A stretch of 64,000 nucleotides of DNA from Blastocladiella emersonii ATCC 22665 (Eukaryota; Fungi; Blastocladiomycota). Shown piece by piece: positions 20,298-31,601 of the stretch; positions within the stretch are counted from its first letter, which is position 1, and the number at the start of each line of letters is the position of its first letter. The stretch covers positions 310,001 to 374,000 of the forward strand of contig JANHCV010000002.1 in the NCBI GenBank assembly GCA_025594325.1. Reading direction: 5' to 3'. The notes beneath the pieces are model-generated. The model had not been told where the DNA came from. It saw nothing but the letters and a program-made list of their open reading frames with translations, and did no database searches. Both the position numbers and the translations under genes were made by a program.

Positions 20298-22556
20298 TCA
20301 TCGGCGCACGGCCACGCGGCTCGTCGGGAGCGACGATCCCTCGAGGCTCGTTTGCAGGTAACCGGCGGGGTTGATGATCGGCGCGCTCGGCCGGCGGCCC
20401 ATGGTCGCTGGCCCGCCGCCGCCCCCGCCCGCCATGCGGCCCATGGACCGGGGCATCGACATGGCCGCCTGCGGGGCCGCCGCGGCCGCGGCCGGCGGCG
20501 CGCCGAGCCCGAGAAACTCGGCGACGAGCTCGGCGCCGCCCATGAGTTCCTGGACCGCGACGAGCCGCTTGCAGAAGGCGGCGAACTCGCGCTGGCGCTG
20601 GGCGACGACCGCGGGGAGCACCATGCACTGCTTGTAGTTCATCTCGGCGCCGACCGTGAGGGCCGGCGGGAGCGCGGGGAGCGGCGCGCCTGACGGCAGC
20701 CGGTCGGCCCACGACTCGACGAGCGCGTAGAACTGCGCGTCGGTCCGCGTCACCGTGATGGTGCCGCGCGCCTTGGTCGACACCTGCAGCGTGTACGAGT
20801 AGGTCGCCGGGCCGACCTTGTTCCCGCCCGACAGCGTCAGGTCCGCGACGATCCCGCCGCCGCCGCCGCCACTTCCGCCGGTCCCCGCCATGGCCTTGGC
20901 GTCGTACGCGAGCGCGTCGACGGCCTGGTTCCGCCGCCGCAGCGACGAGTACGACTCGGTGTGGTCGATCATGTTGCTCGGCACCGCGCGCGTCAGCGTT
21001 GCCGACCGCGGGATCAGCTCGAGCGCGTTCCCGCCGCCCTCGACCCCCGCGAGCGACCGGCCCAGCGTCCCGCCGGCTCGACCGAGCGTCATGGACTGCG
21101 GGCCCGGACTCGCTGACCGCTGCACTGTCCGGTTCGGCGCTGGACTGTTGACGCGACCGAGCGTCATGCTCCCGCCGGGGCTCGGCGGGCGCAGCATCGG
21201 GCTGTTGGGACCCATGCGCGCGGGCGCGGTGCGGTTGAGCGATGGCGACCGGCCCAGGGACCGTGCGGGACCGGGACCGGGCGAGACTGCGCGCGGGTCG
21301 CTCGCCATGCGCGGCGACGTCGCGTACCGGCCGCGGCCGACGGACGGAGACCGCCCGAGCGAGCGCGCGGCGCCGGGGGATGGTGACCGCGCGTTCGGAC
21401 GTCGCCTGTCATCGTCGCGGTCGCGGTCGTCGTACGCGGGACTCGCGCGGCGCGGCGCGGGCTGGCGGAGCGGCTGCTGCGGGGCGCGGCCACGGCCGTA
21501 TCCGTCGTCATCGCTGTCCTCGTCGTCGTTGTACCGGCGCCGGTCACTCGCCGGCGCACGGACAGGCGAGCGAACAGGCGACGGCGACGGCCTGCGCCGC
21601 GGCGCAGCGGGCGGCGGAAGCGGCGGCGGCCCGTTGTCGGCGGCCATCTCGAGCAGCTCAACGGCCTCCTCGATTTCGGCGATCACGGTGCCCGACCCCA
21701 TCTCGAACACCTGCAGCTTGGCCCACCGGATCAGGCCCTCGTCGCCGCGCGCGTTGCGCCCGCGCACCATGCCGCGGCGCGCGTTGATTTCGAGGATCGT
21801 CAGCACGTCGTCGCGCTCGGCCGCGAGCAGGAGCGACCCGCCCGTCGTGGCCTCGAGGACGGTGGCGAGGAGCGTGATGTCCGAGTCGTCGATGGTCGGC
21901 CGGCCGCCGCCGGTGCTCCTTGGCGGCGCGGGTTTCGCGGAGGGGCGGGATGGAGACGATACGCGTTGCCGGCGCAGGCTCGCGGTGCTCGCCGAGTCGC
22001 GCAGGGACGACCGGCGGCGCGGCGGCGGCGCGCCGTCGTCGTCGAGGTGCCGCGTGCGGTCGCGCTGCCGCTCGCGCTCGCGGGCGGCGGTGGGCGACAT
22101 CGGGCTGCGGTAGTCGTCGCTGGTATAGCTGCGCTGGCTGCGTGCGACGGACGGCGAGCGGTAGGGGGAGCGTTGCCGCTGTGGTTGCTGTTGTGGTGCT
22201 CGTTGGCGGGACCGCGAGTACGAGTCGCCGTCGTAGACGCTGTCGTCGGAAAAGGTGGATGTCGTGGAACGGGACGCGGGCTGGCGCTGCTGCTGCTGCT
22301 TCGTGGCGGCGGCGGAGATGCCCGAGTCCTGGTCGTCGTAGTAGTCGACCTCGTTGCCGTCGTCGTCGATCACTTCGAGGTAGTTGGTGGGCACGAGGCC
22401 GGTCTTCACGTCACGGCCGAAGGGGGTCGATGCGTTGGTCGAGACGTAGTACCACAGGCCGCGGCGGTGGATGACAACAAACTCCTGTCCCTCGCGTACG
22501 GAGAGCTGGTCGTCGTCGGTCGCGGTGAAGTCGTAGAGGGCGCGAACTCGTTTCAT
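20298..22556 (-). CDS. SH3 - SH3-like - PX domain scaffold protein
   Basis: N-terminal SH3 (VRALYDF...QLSVREG...WYY...GLVPTNYL); second SH3-like segment (AERDDVLTIL...RGRNARGDEGLI); C-terminal PX-like YTLQV...VTRTDAQFYAL...LPALPP...QRQREFAAF...VAEFL. Confidence 0.7.
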   Translation of the reverse strand: MKRVRALYDFTATDDDQLSVREGQEFVVIHRRGLWYYVSTNASTPFGRDVKTGLVPTNYLEVIDDDGNEVDYYDDQDSGISAAATKQQQQRQPASRSTTSTFSDDSVYDGDSYSRSRQRAPQQQPQRQRSPYRSPSVARSQRSYTSDDYRSPMSPTAARERERQRDRTRHLDDDGAPPPRRRSSLRDSASTASLRRQRVSSPSRPSAKPAPPRSTGGGRPTIDDSDITLLATVLEATTGGSLLLAAERDDVLTILEINARRGMVRGRNARGDEGLIRWAKLQVFEMGSGTVIAEIEEAVELLEMAADNGPPPLPPPAAPRRRPSPSPVRSPVRAPASDRRRYNDDEDSDDDGYGRGRAPQQPLRQPAPRRASPAYDDRDRDDDRRRPNARSPSPGAARSLGRSPSVGRGRYATSPRMASDPRAVSPGPGPARSLGRSPSLNRTAPARMGPNSPMLRPPSPGGSMTLGRVNSPAPNRTVQRSASPGPQSMTLGRAGGTLGRSLAGVEGGGNALELIPRSATLTRAVPSNMIDHTESYSSLRRRNQAVDALAYDAKAMAGTGGSGGGGGGIVADLTLSGGNKVGPATYSYTLQVSTKARGTITVTRTDAQFYALVESWADRLPSGAPLPALPPALTVGAEMNYKQCMVLPAVVAQRQREFAAFCKRLVAVQELMGGAELVAEFLGLGAPPAAAAAAPQAAMSMPRSMGRMAGGGGGGPATMGRRPSAPIINPAGYLQTSLEGSSLPTSRVAVRR

Positions 22557-23165
22557 TCCGGGAAGAGAGGAGCGGCGGTGGTGGTATCCGAGAGAGGCCG
22601 TTCAGTGCTGCAGGAACAAGGGTAGAGGGGAGGGGACGGACGAGGACCGCGGCGCCGCAACGACTCGAGGTGCGACTCGTTGGAAACGCGGCGGGTGGCC
22701 GAGCTGTGACAGTGCCGCGACAAGGGCGTGGCGACAAGCGACCCGACGCAGGTTCGAGGGCGATACGATAAATGATGCGTCAAGACGGAGAGCCCGGCCC
22801 GCAGGGCGGTGGGCGGCCTTGTTAGAGACAGCCCAGTGCGGCGCCGCAGCAGTCGACAAGCCACAGCCGGCGGCCAAGACAGAAGAAACGAAGGTCGGCA
22901 AGCCGTGGTGGCGCAGCCATCGCCGACGCGTCATTCCATGAACTTGCGTCACGTGCGGATGTTCTCCCCCGCCTGCGCCACAAGCACCGGCCGTGACGGA
23001 GTCTGACGTGGCCTGCGCGAGACCATGTGTGCGCCACTGCGCGATCTGCGCTCTCAACGTGCGTCACCACGTATCCGCGATCAAGTCAGTGGCGCCGTGA
23101 TGGCAGTAGTGTACACATGTATTGAGCGGCGAGGGTATCCGTCCCGTGGCGGCGGCGATGGTGGC

Positions 23166-24444
23166 TTACTGAGCCTTCTTGCTGCCCGGGAGCGCGTCGA
23201 GCACCAGATCGCGGACGCCTTGGAAGCTGAACGGGACGCGGCTCGCGCGCATCTGGCGCTGGCGGTAGAACACGCCCGCTCCCTACACACGGCGAGGTTA
23301 GCGACCACGATGCTCGGATGGAGCACCGGGGAAACGTACCCCGAGAGCCATCCCGACGGCCAGCACGATCAGGATGATGGCCCACGCCGACATGCCCGGG
23401 TGGTCGTACCCCTTGATCGCAGGCACCGTGACCATGCCCGAGTCCGCGTCGACCTTGAGCGCGGGCACCTTGCTCACGTCGTCGGCCTCGACGTCAATGG
23501 TGAGCGGCGACGTCACGCCGCACAACCCACGCACCGCCTCGGCACCCGCGACGTCGCCCGAGCGGTCCGACTCGCGGCGCTCACCCGTCGTCGCGCGCCC
23601 GTCCGGGTGCAGCACGACCACGTTCTTGGCGCGCGCCCACTCGTCGGTGACGCGGGCCGACGCGCGGTGCGCGATACTGCGCAGCTGGCGCGTCGCGACC
23701 GTGCACCCGCCGCACGCGAGATCCTTGGCGTCGCCGGCCGCCGCCTTGGCGATCCAACCCTGCTGCGCCGTGTCAGCCGCCGAGCGGCCGGCCGTCGACC
23801 ACGCGCCGCCATCGAGCGCCGCCCACGCGAGCGCAGACCCACCCGTCGCGGCAATGTCCGCCCGCGCGAGGTCCACGGCGCACGCGCGGCCGGACGTCGG
23901 CGACGCCATGCACATGGCTTGCCACCCGTGCACGAGCTCGACGGCGGCGATGCTGGCGCCCGTCACGACGGGTTCCGGGATCGTGAACCGCTCGTCGTCG
24001 CCGAACGCGGACACGCTGCACGCCTTGGCGATGGCGGCCGACGCGGCGCGGTACTCGACGCCGCACGCGCGGGTGCACTGGTCGCTGGTGATGGACGTGA
24101 GGGCGGAGAGGTACTAGATGCTTGTTGTGTGAGTGAGAAGGAATGCGAGGATCGTGTGTGAGAGAACTGACCTCGTCGCGCGCCTTGGCGTCGCCCTTAC
24201 TCGCGGCCTCCCACAGCTTGGCCAGCTTGGGCTCTTCGGCGCTCGCCTCGGCGAGGCACGCGCCGCGCTTGGCGGCTGCGACGGCGTCAATGCAGGTCCG
24301 GGCGTGCGGGTTGAGCTCGGGCAGCACGTTGCCGATCGGCGCGCCGGGGGAGGGGACGGGCGGTTGGTCCTGCTGTTGTGCCTGCACCACCAGGGCGAGA
24401 GCAGCGATGCAGGCGATGAGATTCAGAGCTGAAGAGTGTTTCAT
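23166..24444 (-). CDS. Secreted/type I membrane protein with Cys-containing ectodomain, 3 exons
   Basis: Signal peptide MKHSSALNLIACIAALALVVQA. Two GT-AG introns join ...ARDE|YLSAL... and ...GMALG|GAGVFYRQR...KKAQ*. TM AWAIILIVLAVGMALG. Confidence 0.65.
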
Positions 24445-24961
24445 GGCAGTTTATGAGGTGAGGGAGGAGAAGGAGAGCGAGAACCCTCGAGCGCCGACTC
24501 GGCGACGACGCCGTCCTGCGCCACACGAGCTGGGGCTGCTGCGCTTTCACGCGACCGGGGCAACCTGGGGCAAGTGATGTCACTTCCTTCGGGACCTCGC
24601 TCGCCGACGAAGACCTGCTATTGACGCGAAGCGCTTTGACCAGCACATCTGGTCAACCTCGTCGATCCGTCCCAGCACGTGGTGGTGGTCTGGAGGCCGA
24701 GGCGCCTCAACGCGGAGCCCATCGCTTGGCGAGGCTATAGCTGCTTCAACGGCTCGTTTCGCTGCAGAGGACTGTCAGCATTGATCCCATGGGGCAGCCG
24801 CATGCCGGGCGTTGGCCCAGCCTCGCAGTCCGCGCTCCAGGCGCCCGACGTCGCCAGACGCGCTGTTCATGCGCACGTGAGCTTATTTGGGCGAACGAAA
24901 GTTGAGTTTGGCGCGGCGTCAACCTGCGCGTCAACGCTTCTCCCTCTCGCGCGTCGCGATC

Positions 24962-26579
24962 ATGAATCCAAAGAATTTAACGATGCAACTTGATGCAACG
25001 CGCTCCCTGCCGGTCGAGGTCATCGAGCGCGTCCTTGTCTACGCCGTCCGCGCTTCGGACCCTCTCGACCTGGCTCTTGCACACTACTCGCGCGTCCTAC
25101 CTCGTGCTGTGGCCCCAAATGTCTTTCGATCTCTTTGCGAACTTGTCGTTACTCGCCGGAACATGGATCTTGCTTGCCAACGAGGCGCGCTCCACGTGTT
25201 GCGACTGGCCAAGTTGACTGGTGGCTTACGCCAGGCTTACGTCGATCCGCTTCTTCGTCTTGCGGACAAAGCGCGTCATTTTCGTATCATGGAATGGTTC
25301 CGCGAAGATAGCGACATGGACCTACCCTGGGTATCCTTCTCGTTCTCATGCGTGACTACTCAGCCCAAGCACCACGGTACGTGGCCGCATGGCCAAGCGA
25401 TACACAAGCTAATCTAACATGAATTGGGCGTTACTTAAAGGATCAAGTATCTGGATTGAGCCAATCGGAGGCGACATCATGGCTGGAAACTGGTCCGAGC
25501 AAATTGTTGCGGGACGTACGACCGAGGTCTCAATCGTAGGTGCGCGGCTTACCGAAGTCGGTGCCGGATATCTCACTACCGCCTTCTCGAGTCCGCGCCA
25601 GGCCGTGTCCAAGGTGGTGCTGTGCGACGTAGCGCTCACGATTCCTGTCGTTGCGCAGATCGGCTTTCCTGACACAGTCCGTGAGCTCGACCTCTCGCAC
25701 AATATTCTTTCGTACCGCGGCAACGAGCTTCCTGACGAAAAATGGCTTCCTGACACGATCGAAACGTTGAATGTCAGCCACTGCAATCTCAACGCAGCGG
25801 GCGGATCGGCTTTTCTCCGTCATCTTCCTGCTTCTCTTAAGCACTTGTACCTCTCCAACGGTTACGGCCGGATTATTCGTCGCAACGGGTTTGGCCTACT
25901 CGGGCGCGAGCCGCTCCAGAATCTTGCAATCGGCCTTCCTAGAAACCTCAAATCGTTTCAAATCTTCGGCGTCGATTGGGACTACGGGGCGACTTGCTCT
26001 TTAATTAGTTCATTGCCATCGTCCCTGCGCCGTCTCGAGATTACGCGGGTTCCAGAGCTCGAAATGCAGCTGCCCACTATCGCATTCGCGATTACTTCGC
26101 GCCTTCCGATGGCGCTTCGTGAGCTATCGCTCCGCGGCGTTGGTATCGGGTGGAGTTGTGCCAAAGAGCTCGCCAAACGCATATCGTCAAGTCTCGAGTC
26201 GCTCGACCTTCACTGAAACTACATTGGGCTGAGGGGTCTCAGCGCGCTAGCACCGGTTCTTCCGGCGACATTAAAGCACCTCGAGCTATCGGAAAACAAT
26301 CTGGACGACGCAGCCATGGTCGGGTTTGCCACGTTACTTCCTCTGCGACCGAGACGGTCAACCCGAACCAGCGCGGCCTCGCGGACCTGGTTCCCGAATT
26401 CACTTACCACGCTTTCCTTGCTTGGCAATGATATTGGTTGCGATGGCGCGCGGGCGCTCATCCTGCGCTTGCCTCGCACGCTTCAGCGCCTGTCTATGAA
26501 CGTATTCCTCGGAGGGTCTGCGCGACTTGTTCTGAATCTTATCGACCAGGTCGGTTTTGACGACCTCACTACGCGTTGA
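24962..26579 (+). pseudogene. F-box-like + leucine-rich repeat gene with an in-frame premature TGA
   Basis: LPVEVIERVL N-terminus; intron 25377-25440 (GTACGT...CTAAC...AAG); LRRs (VRELDLSHNIL, LKHLELSENNL, LTTLSLLGNDIG). TGA at 26214-26216 interrupts LDLH*NYIG and the same frame continues to 26579. Confidence 0.7.
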
Positions 26580-27116
26580 TATGTGCACCAGTGCGCGGTA
26601 GCTTACTGTGGACGAAGGGATTATGTTTGGATCCCCATCACGCTCGTTGGAGCCCAAAGCTCAGTACTCAAATTCAGTCCTTGGAATAGCTTGGCTTCAG
26701 CTCCCTCGCCCGGTTGATTTCCAAATGACACAATACTTTGCCTGGCCGATAGTGAGTCGAGGGCTAAAGCCCTCTTTCTAGACCGCATCGCGGCCGGATA
26801 GGCTGCCGACGCTCACGTGAGCATGTCGCCCTCTCGTCATGTGAATGTCCTCAAAACGCGTGACAGACGCGTCGTTTGTCATCTGACCGCTGTGGCGCAA
26901 CGCGTCCTGGCTGCGCACGTGACGTGCTTCGGCCCAACCCGCGGATGGGTGGGGTTCGGCTGGTCGCGCAACGCGCGTTGTTCGACGCGCGGTGCCCTTT
27001 GCACCGACTTGCGCGGGAAGATCAGATCGTGGGAAAGCGAAAAGTGTCTCTTTGAGCGAAAGGAAACAAGAGTCTGCGCGAGGGGAATGAACAAAGTCGG
27101 GGCGGGAGCGAGTGTA

Positions 27117-28100
27117 TCAGGTCGACGAGGACAGGCGGCCGCTGCGGCGCCGCTTGGGCTGCGCCTCGTGCTCGTCGTTGACGACGCACTCCTCGTGCTC
27201 CTCCTCGGCGGCCGCGGCGGCGGTCGCCGCCGTGCGCTTCGTCGCGTTGGCGGTAGCCGTCGGGACACCGGCTTGGTCGTCACCGATGGCGGCGGGCGTG
27301 CACGCCGCGAGCACCGCGGTTGTCGGAGCCGCAGCTGCGGCCGCGTCGTCCATGTCGCACCCGACCGACACGGAGTTCGAGTCCGGCACCCCCACGACGA
27401 TCTTGTCGATGCTGCCGATCGCGATGAACGAGTGCGTCCAAATGGGGTCCGCGCAGCTCGGGAAGCCGCCGTACTTCTTGGTGCCTGTGTTCTTGCCGCC
27501 GGCGTTCTTGGTGTTGGCGGGCGAGTTGATGGCGGGCGGCACGACAGCGGGCGGCTGGATCGCGTGCTCCTGCGTCACGGGCGCCGCGGCGGGCGAGACG
27601 ACGGCGGCCTAGATGTTGACGGGCTGCAGGATCGTGAGCTGCTGCGCCGCGGGTTCCGCGGCAATCGAGGCGGCGACCTGCTGCACACCGTGACCAGCGG
27701 CGCCCGATGCGACGCCGTTTGCCGCGGCGTGGGCGGCCTGGTGCGCGGCGAGGTTGTTGACAAAGTTCTCGCGGCCGTCGCGCATGCACTCGTGGTACAC
27801 CTCCGTGGCCTCGTTGAGCTCGGCCCGCATGCCCTTCATCGTGCGCGGCACGCCTGTCGAGGTGAAGGCCTCGTCGCCGGGGAAGCCCGGGTCGTCGTCG
27901 GATTCTGACGAGTCCGACGCGTTCACGTCGCAGAGGAACCGCGGCCGCGGCGGTGCCGTCAGCGTCGCGCGAGCCGGAGCCGTGCTTGGCGTCGTCGGGG
28001 TCGGCGGCCCCGTGTACTTGGGCTCCTGCGGCTGCGTGTACTGCACGGCGGACCGGGCGACGCGCGTGGCCGGCGGCCTCCACGACGGCGTTGTCGAGGT
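27117..28100 (-). pseudogene. 5'-truncated Ala/Pro-rich ORF inside the element, with an in-frame TAG at 27609-27611
   Basis: ORFs 27609..28175 and 27117..27578 are in the same frame, separated by a single TAG (QPVNI*AAVVSP); GC3-rich codon pattern. Confidence 0.5.
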
Positions 28101-28103
28101 CGC

Positions 28104-31100
28104 GACCCGCTCGCCAAGACGTTCGAGCTGCGCAAGAAGGACGTCGAGGCCGTGCCCAAAATTGCTGGTCCGCACCTCCCCGACCCGCGCAAGTTTGCCG
28201 ACGTCGCTGGGTCCGAGGAAAAGTACTGCCGCATGGCGCTACTACTTCTCCAGCACTTCCGCGTCTCGAGCGACATCCTCGACGCGCAGGGCTCCGCGAT
28301 CGGCAAGTTCAAGGCGTTCAAGGAGACGCTCGAACCTGGCCACCCCGCGCTCGACCATCTCGAGTACGCGCAGGAGTACTACTTCAGCCTTGACGGCGCT
28401 CGCGAGTTCCGCAAGCTTCACGATCGCGAGAACGCCAAGCTCGCGGCGCAGCTGTCGCATGAGGAGAAGGGGGAGCTCTACGTTCCTGACCGCGACGGCG
28501 AAATCAGCTCGCGCAACCAGCCGACTACCGATGACGGCTCTGTAGCCGCTTCGTGGACCATGTTTGGTCAGTCGGAGAACGACATTGTTCTCGACCCGAC
28601 TATCGTCAACTCGGACGTGGAGGGCATCCTGGCCGACGACGGCGAAACCGAGGCGAACCTCGAGCGCATCGAGAGCCTGACCTCTACGCTGATCCCTGGA
28701 ATGGGCCACGGCATGATGGGCACCCTGCTCTTCCCCGACGTGCAGCCGTTTGATGTCAACGCCGCGCCGCCGCCGCCGTACCTCGAGACGCCCATCTCGC
28801 CGACTGACGTCAAGAAAATCATGGCTCAACTATGCGCTGCCGCGGCTCAAGGTCATCCGACCGCGGATGTCGGCGCCGTACCTGTCGTTCCCGGGCCCGG
28901 GCAGCCACCCATGATCGGTATTGTTCCCGCAGTGCCATCTGGAGCCTCGACAAACACATCTCAGCATGGTATCGACCCGGAAATGGCCGTCGACGTGCCC
29001 GAACCAGAACTCGGACCAGCCGTGGACGTTTGGCGCAGCGCCTTCACGACCACGCCAACGGATCCTGACGCGCGCGCGCGGTTCCTCGTCACCAAGGCCG
29101 CGCACTCAATCAGCAACTTTGTCTACGACACACGCGGCGACGAGTGGAGCGACGAGAAGCAGCGCACTGTGCACAGGCCCGCGTACGCGAGCCTCGCGCA
29201 GGTCTCGCTCAAGTTCAACCTCAAAGAAGAGCAGCGCCGCGCGTTCGTGCTCTTCCTCATGCCGCTCATCGACACCTTCATCGGCGGCAACGCGGGTATC
29301 GCAGACGCTGCGGCCTCGGCCGAGCAGAGCGTGATCATGTTGGGCCGCGACGACGTCCAACATGCACTCCGCACCACGGCCCTCCCGCCCATGAGCAAGG
29401 ACCGGACGCCGATTATCCTCACCGGCTCGGGCGGCATAGGCAAGTCGCGCGTCGTCGATGCAATCCGAAACTTTCTCGCGTCCTGGAATCGGGAAAAGTG
29501 CCTCATGGTCATGGCCATGACCGGGATCGCGGCCGCCAACATTGGCGGTACGACCATCCACGCCGCGTTCTCTTTCTCGCAAAGGCCGAAAGAAAACAGC
29601 CCGGACGTGGCCCGTTTGCGTACCGATCCTGCGGTTGCCATCGCGTGGAAAGGGCGTCTCGGCGTTGTCATTGACGAGTTCTCCATGTGCAACGCGATTT
29701 TACTCGGCCGTATCGACGCAAACCTGCGCCTCCTGCGCCGGGTGCGACGAAACATTCGGCGGGTGCATCGTCATGCTCGCTGGCGATCATTTACAGCTGC
29801 CTCCCGTCAACGGAACTGCCCTGAACAAGGTGCCCGCCGTGCTCAACGACGCGCCGGACTCGTTCTACCTGCGCATGACGTCAAATCAATTGACGGTCCC
29901 CGAGCGCGTGGATCGAGGCCAGGTCGCGTACTGGCGCACTACACGCGCTGTTCGTCTCGTGAAGAGCAACCGATTTGTCGACGATCCACCATGGGCAACG
30001 AAAGGGACGCGCTCCGCCTCGTCGAGGCGTCGGACACGCTGTGCGACCTGATCAACTCGCGTACGACCACTCAGCTTCAGCAGCAGGTCGACGAAAACGG
30101 CAACAACGTCCTCAAGAAGATCCTCAAGAAGCCCGGACTCACGGTTATCGCGCCCGACAACCACACGCGCCACGCCTTCAACCTGCTCTACACGCAGCTC
30201 GCAGCAGCAAACCCGAACCGCATCGTGTTCCAGATCAAGGGCAACATCACGCGCCCGCGTGATAGGCGCCGCACGCGTGAACGCGTCGCCATCTGCGACA
30301 AGGACGTGTTCCGCCTCGGAGGAGAGCCAGAAACCACGACTGAACTGCCGGCCATCCTCGAGCTCTTCGTCGGAATGGAGATGCACGTGAAATACGTGCC
30401 GAGCGGCGTGCGGCACGCGAGCTCAAGGAGAGAACACACCCCTCGCTGCCGCCGCTGAGTTCAAGACTTAAACGTGAGGGCTATGCAACACGTCTATCGA
30501 GAATATATGAACGTGTTCTGCGGTCAAGCATTACTTGTCCTTGTGGTCATGGCCGAGATTTGAGGCCAAGTTGACCATGGTCGTGGTCAACTTGGCCATG
30601 GCCATCGTTTCTTTCACGTATCCCCTCACGACCATCGTCCCCTCAGCCACTTGATGCGCGAAAGTTGTTGCTGACGTGAATGTCGCTCACTTCCGCCCAG
30701 TCTGGGGCCAATAAAACGCCATCACATCACGAACGCTCGCGTGCGCTCGCGAGCGGCACGAGCCACAGCCCATGGGCTCGCCGCTCGCACGCGCCTCGCC
30801 TCGGCTGGGCGAGCGGTGCCGGTCGCACGGGCGAGCCTGCGAGCCGCACGTGCGCCGAGCCAGATTCAGCAACACTAAGTACCCGATGGTGCCAGCCTTC
30901 GCCATGACGGTCCACGGGGTTCAAGGCGTGACCATGAACGCCATCGCCCTGGCAGATCCGCGTCCCGCGGGCATGGAGCGTCTCATCAGCGGCGCTTCCC
31001 TGTACGTGGCGTTATCGCGGCTTCGTCGCTCAAAGTACATGTGGGTGCTTCAGCCGATCCCAAGAGCCGTGCGCAAGTCCATGAAGCCGGATCCACTCGC

Positions 31101-31362
31101 AGTGGCCGAGGACAAGCGGCTCCAGATGCTCGACGAGCTGACCAAGACCGCTTTCGATCAAGGTACAGCCATCGCGCCAGGCGACCAGCGCATCGCTAAA
31201 CTCTTCGACGACGCGATTCTCTTCTCGCGCCAGCACGCGGCTGAGAAGCTAGTCGCCAAGCGCGCGTCCGATGCTCTCAACGCAAGGTTTCGGCGATTGG
31301 CCAACAAACGTGCTGGAGGCGAGGACGGCTCACAGAACGCCAAGAAACAGAAAACACAGTAG
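28104..31362 (+). pseudogene. Decayed PIF1-family (SF1B) helicase: C-terminal half of a Helitron RepHel, Rep domain missing
   Basis: Linker DPLAKTFELRKK..VPKIAG..EEKYCRMALLLL; Walker A TGSGGIGKS; MTGIAAANIGGTTIH; VIDEFSM; GDHLQLPPV; YPMVPAFAMTVHGVQGVT; SLYVALSR. Frameshifts near 29740 and 30000; interruption ~30420-30850. Confidence 0.85.
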
Positions 31363-31556
31363 AGTATTAACCTAGTGTATTCCGTCATCTAATCCATCAA
31401 TAGCACGATTTCCATAGCTCGATCACCTAAATCTCCTGTGCGGGACGCACGCGACAGCACCTCCACCACTCGTGCACCATACGTGGCGGGGGCTTTAGCC
31501 CTCGATTGGAAACCAAACGCGAAGCGTTTAGGTGCCTCAAGTATAATTATTCATAG

Positions 31557-31601
31557 CTTGAGGGTGAGCGGCCTTGAGGGTAAGCGAGCTTGAGGGTGAG
31601 C
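31557..31601. repeat. Three direct repeats CTTGAGGGT[G/A]AGC with a 16-bp period
   Basis: Copies at 31557, 31573 and 31589. Confidence 0.85.

Larger units (their letters stand above)
26757..31541 (+). mobile_element. Internally deleted Helitron2/Helentron-type rolling-circle transposon
   Basis: Perfect 16-bp inverted repeat TCGAGGGCTAAAGCCC (26757-26772) / GGGCTTTAGCCCTCGA (31490-31505). The left copy is part of a hairpin GAGGGCT-AA-AGCCCTC; the right copy is followed by hairpin AAACGC-GAA-GCGTTT. Encloses a decayed PIF1 helicase. Exact 3' end uncertain (~31533-31552). Confidence 0.75.

Noticed and set aside
23025-24161. 378-aa plus-strand ORF
   Set aside because: Antisense shadow of the spliced minus-strand secreted/TM gene.
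26757-31541. Helitron1 (TC...CTRR) or cut-and-paste TIR transposon interpretation
   Set aside because: No transposase motifs or TSD seen; the inverted repeats are asymmetric with a 3' hairpin and flank a PIF1 helicase, which fits Helitron2/Helentron.
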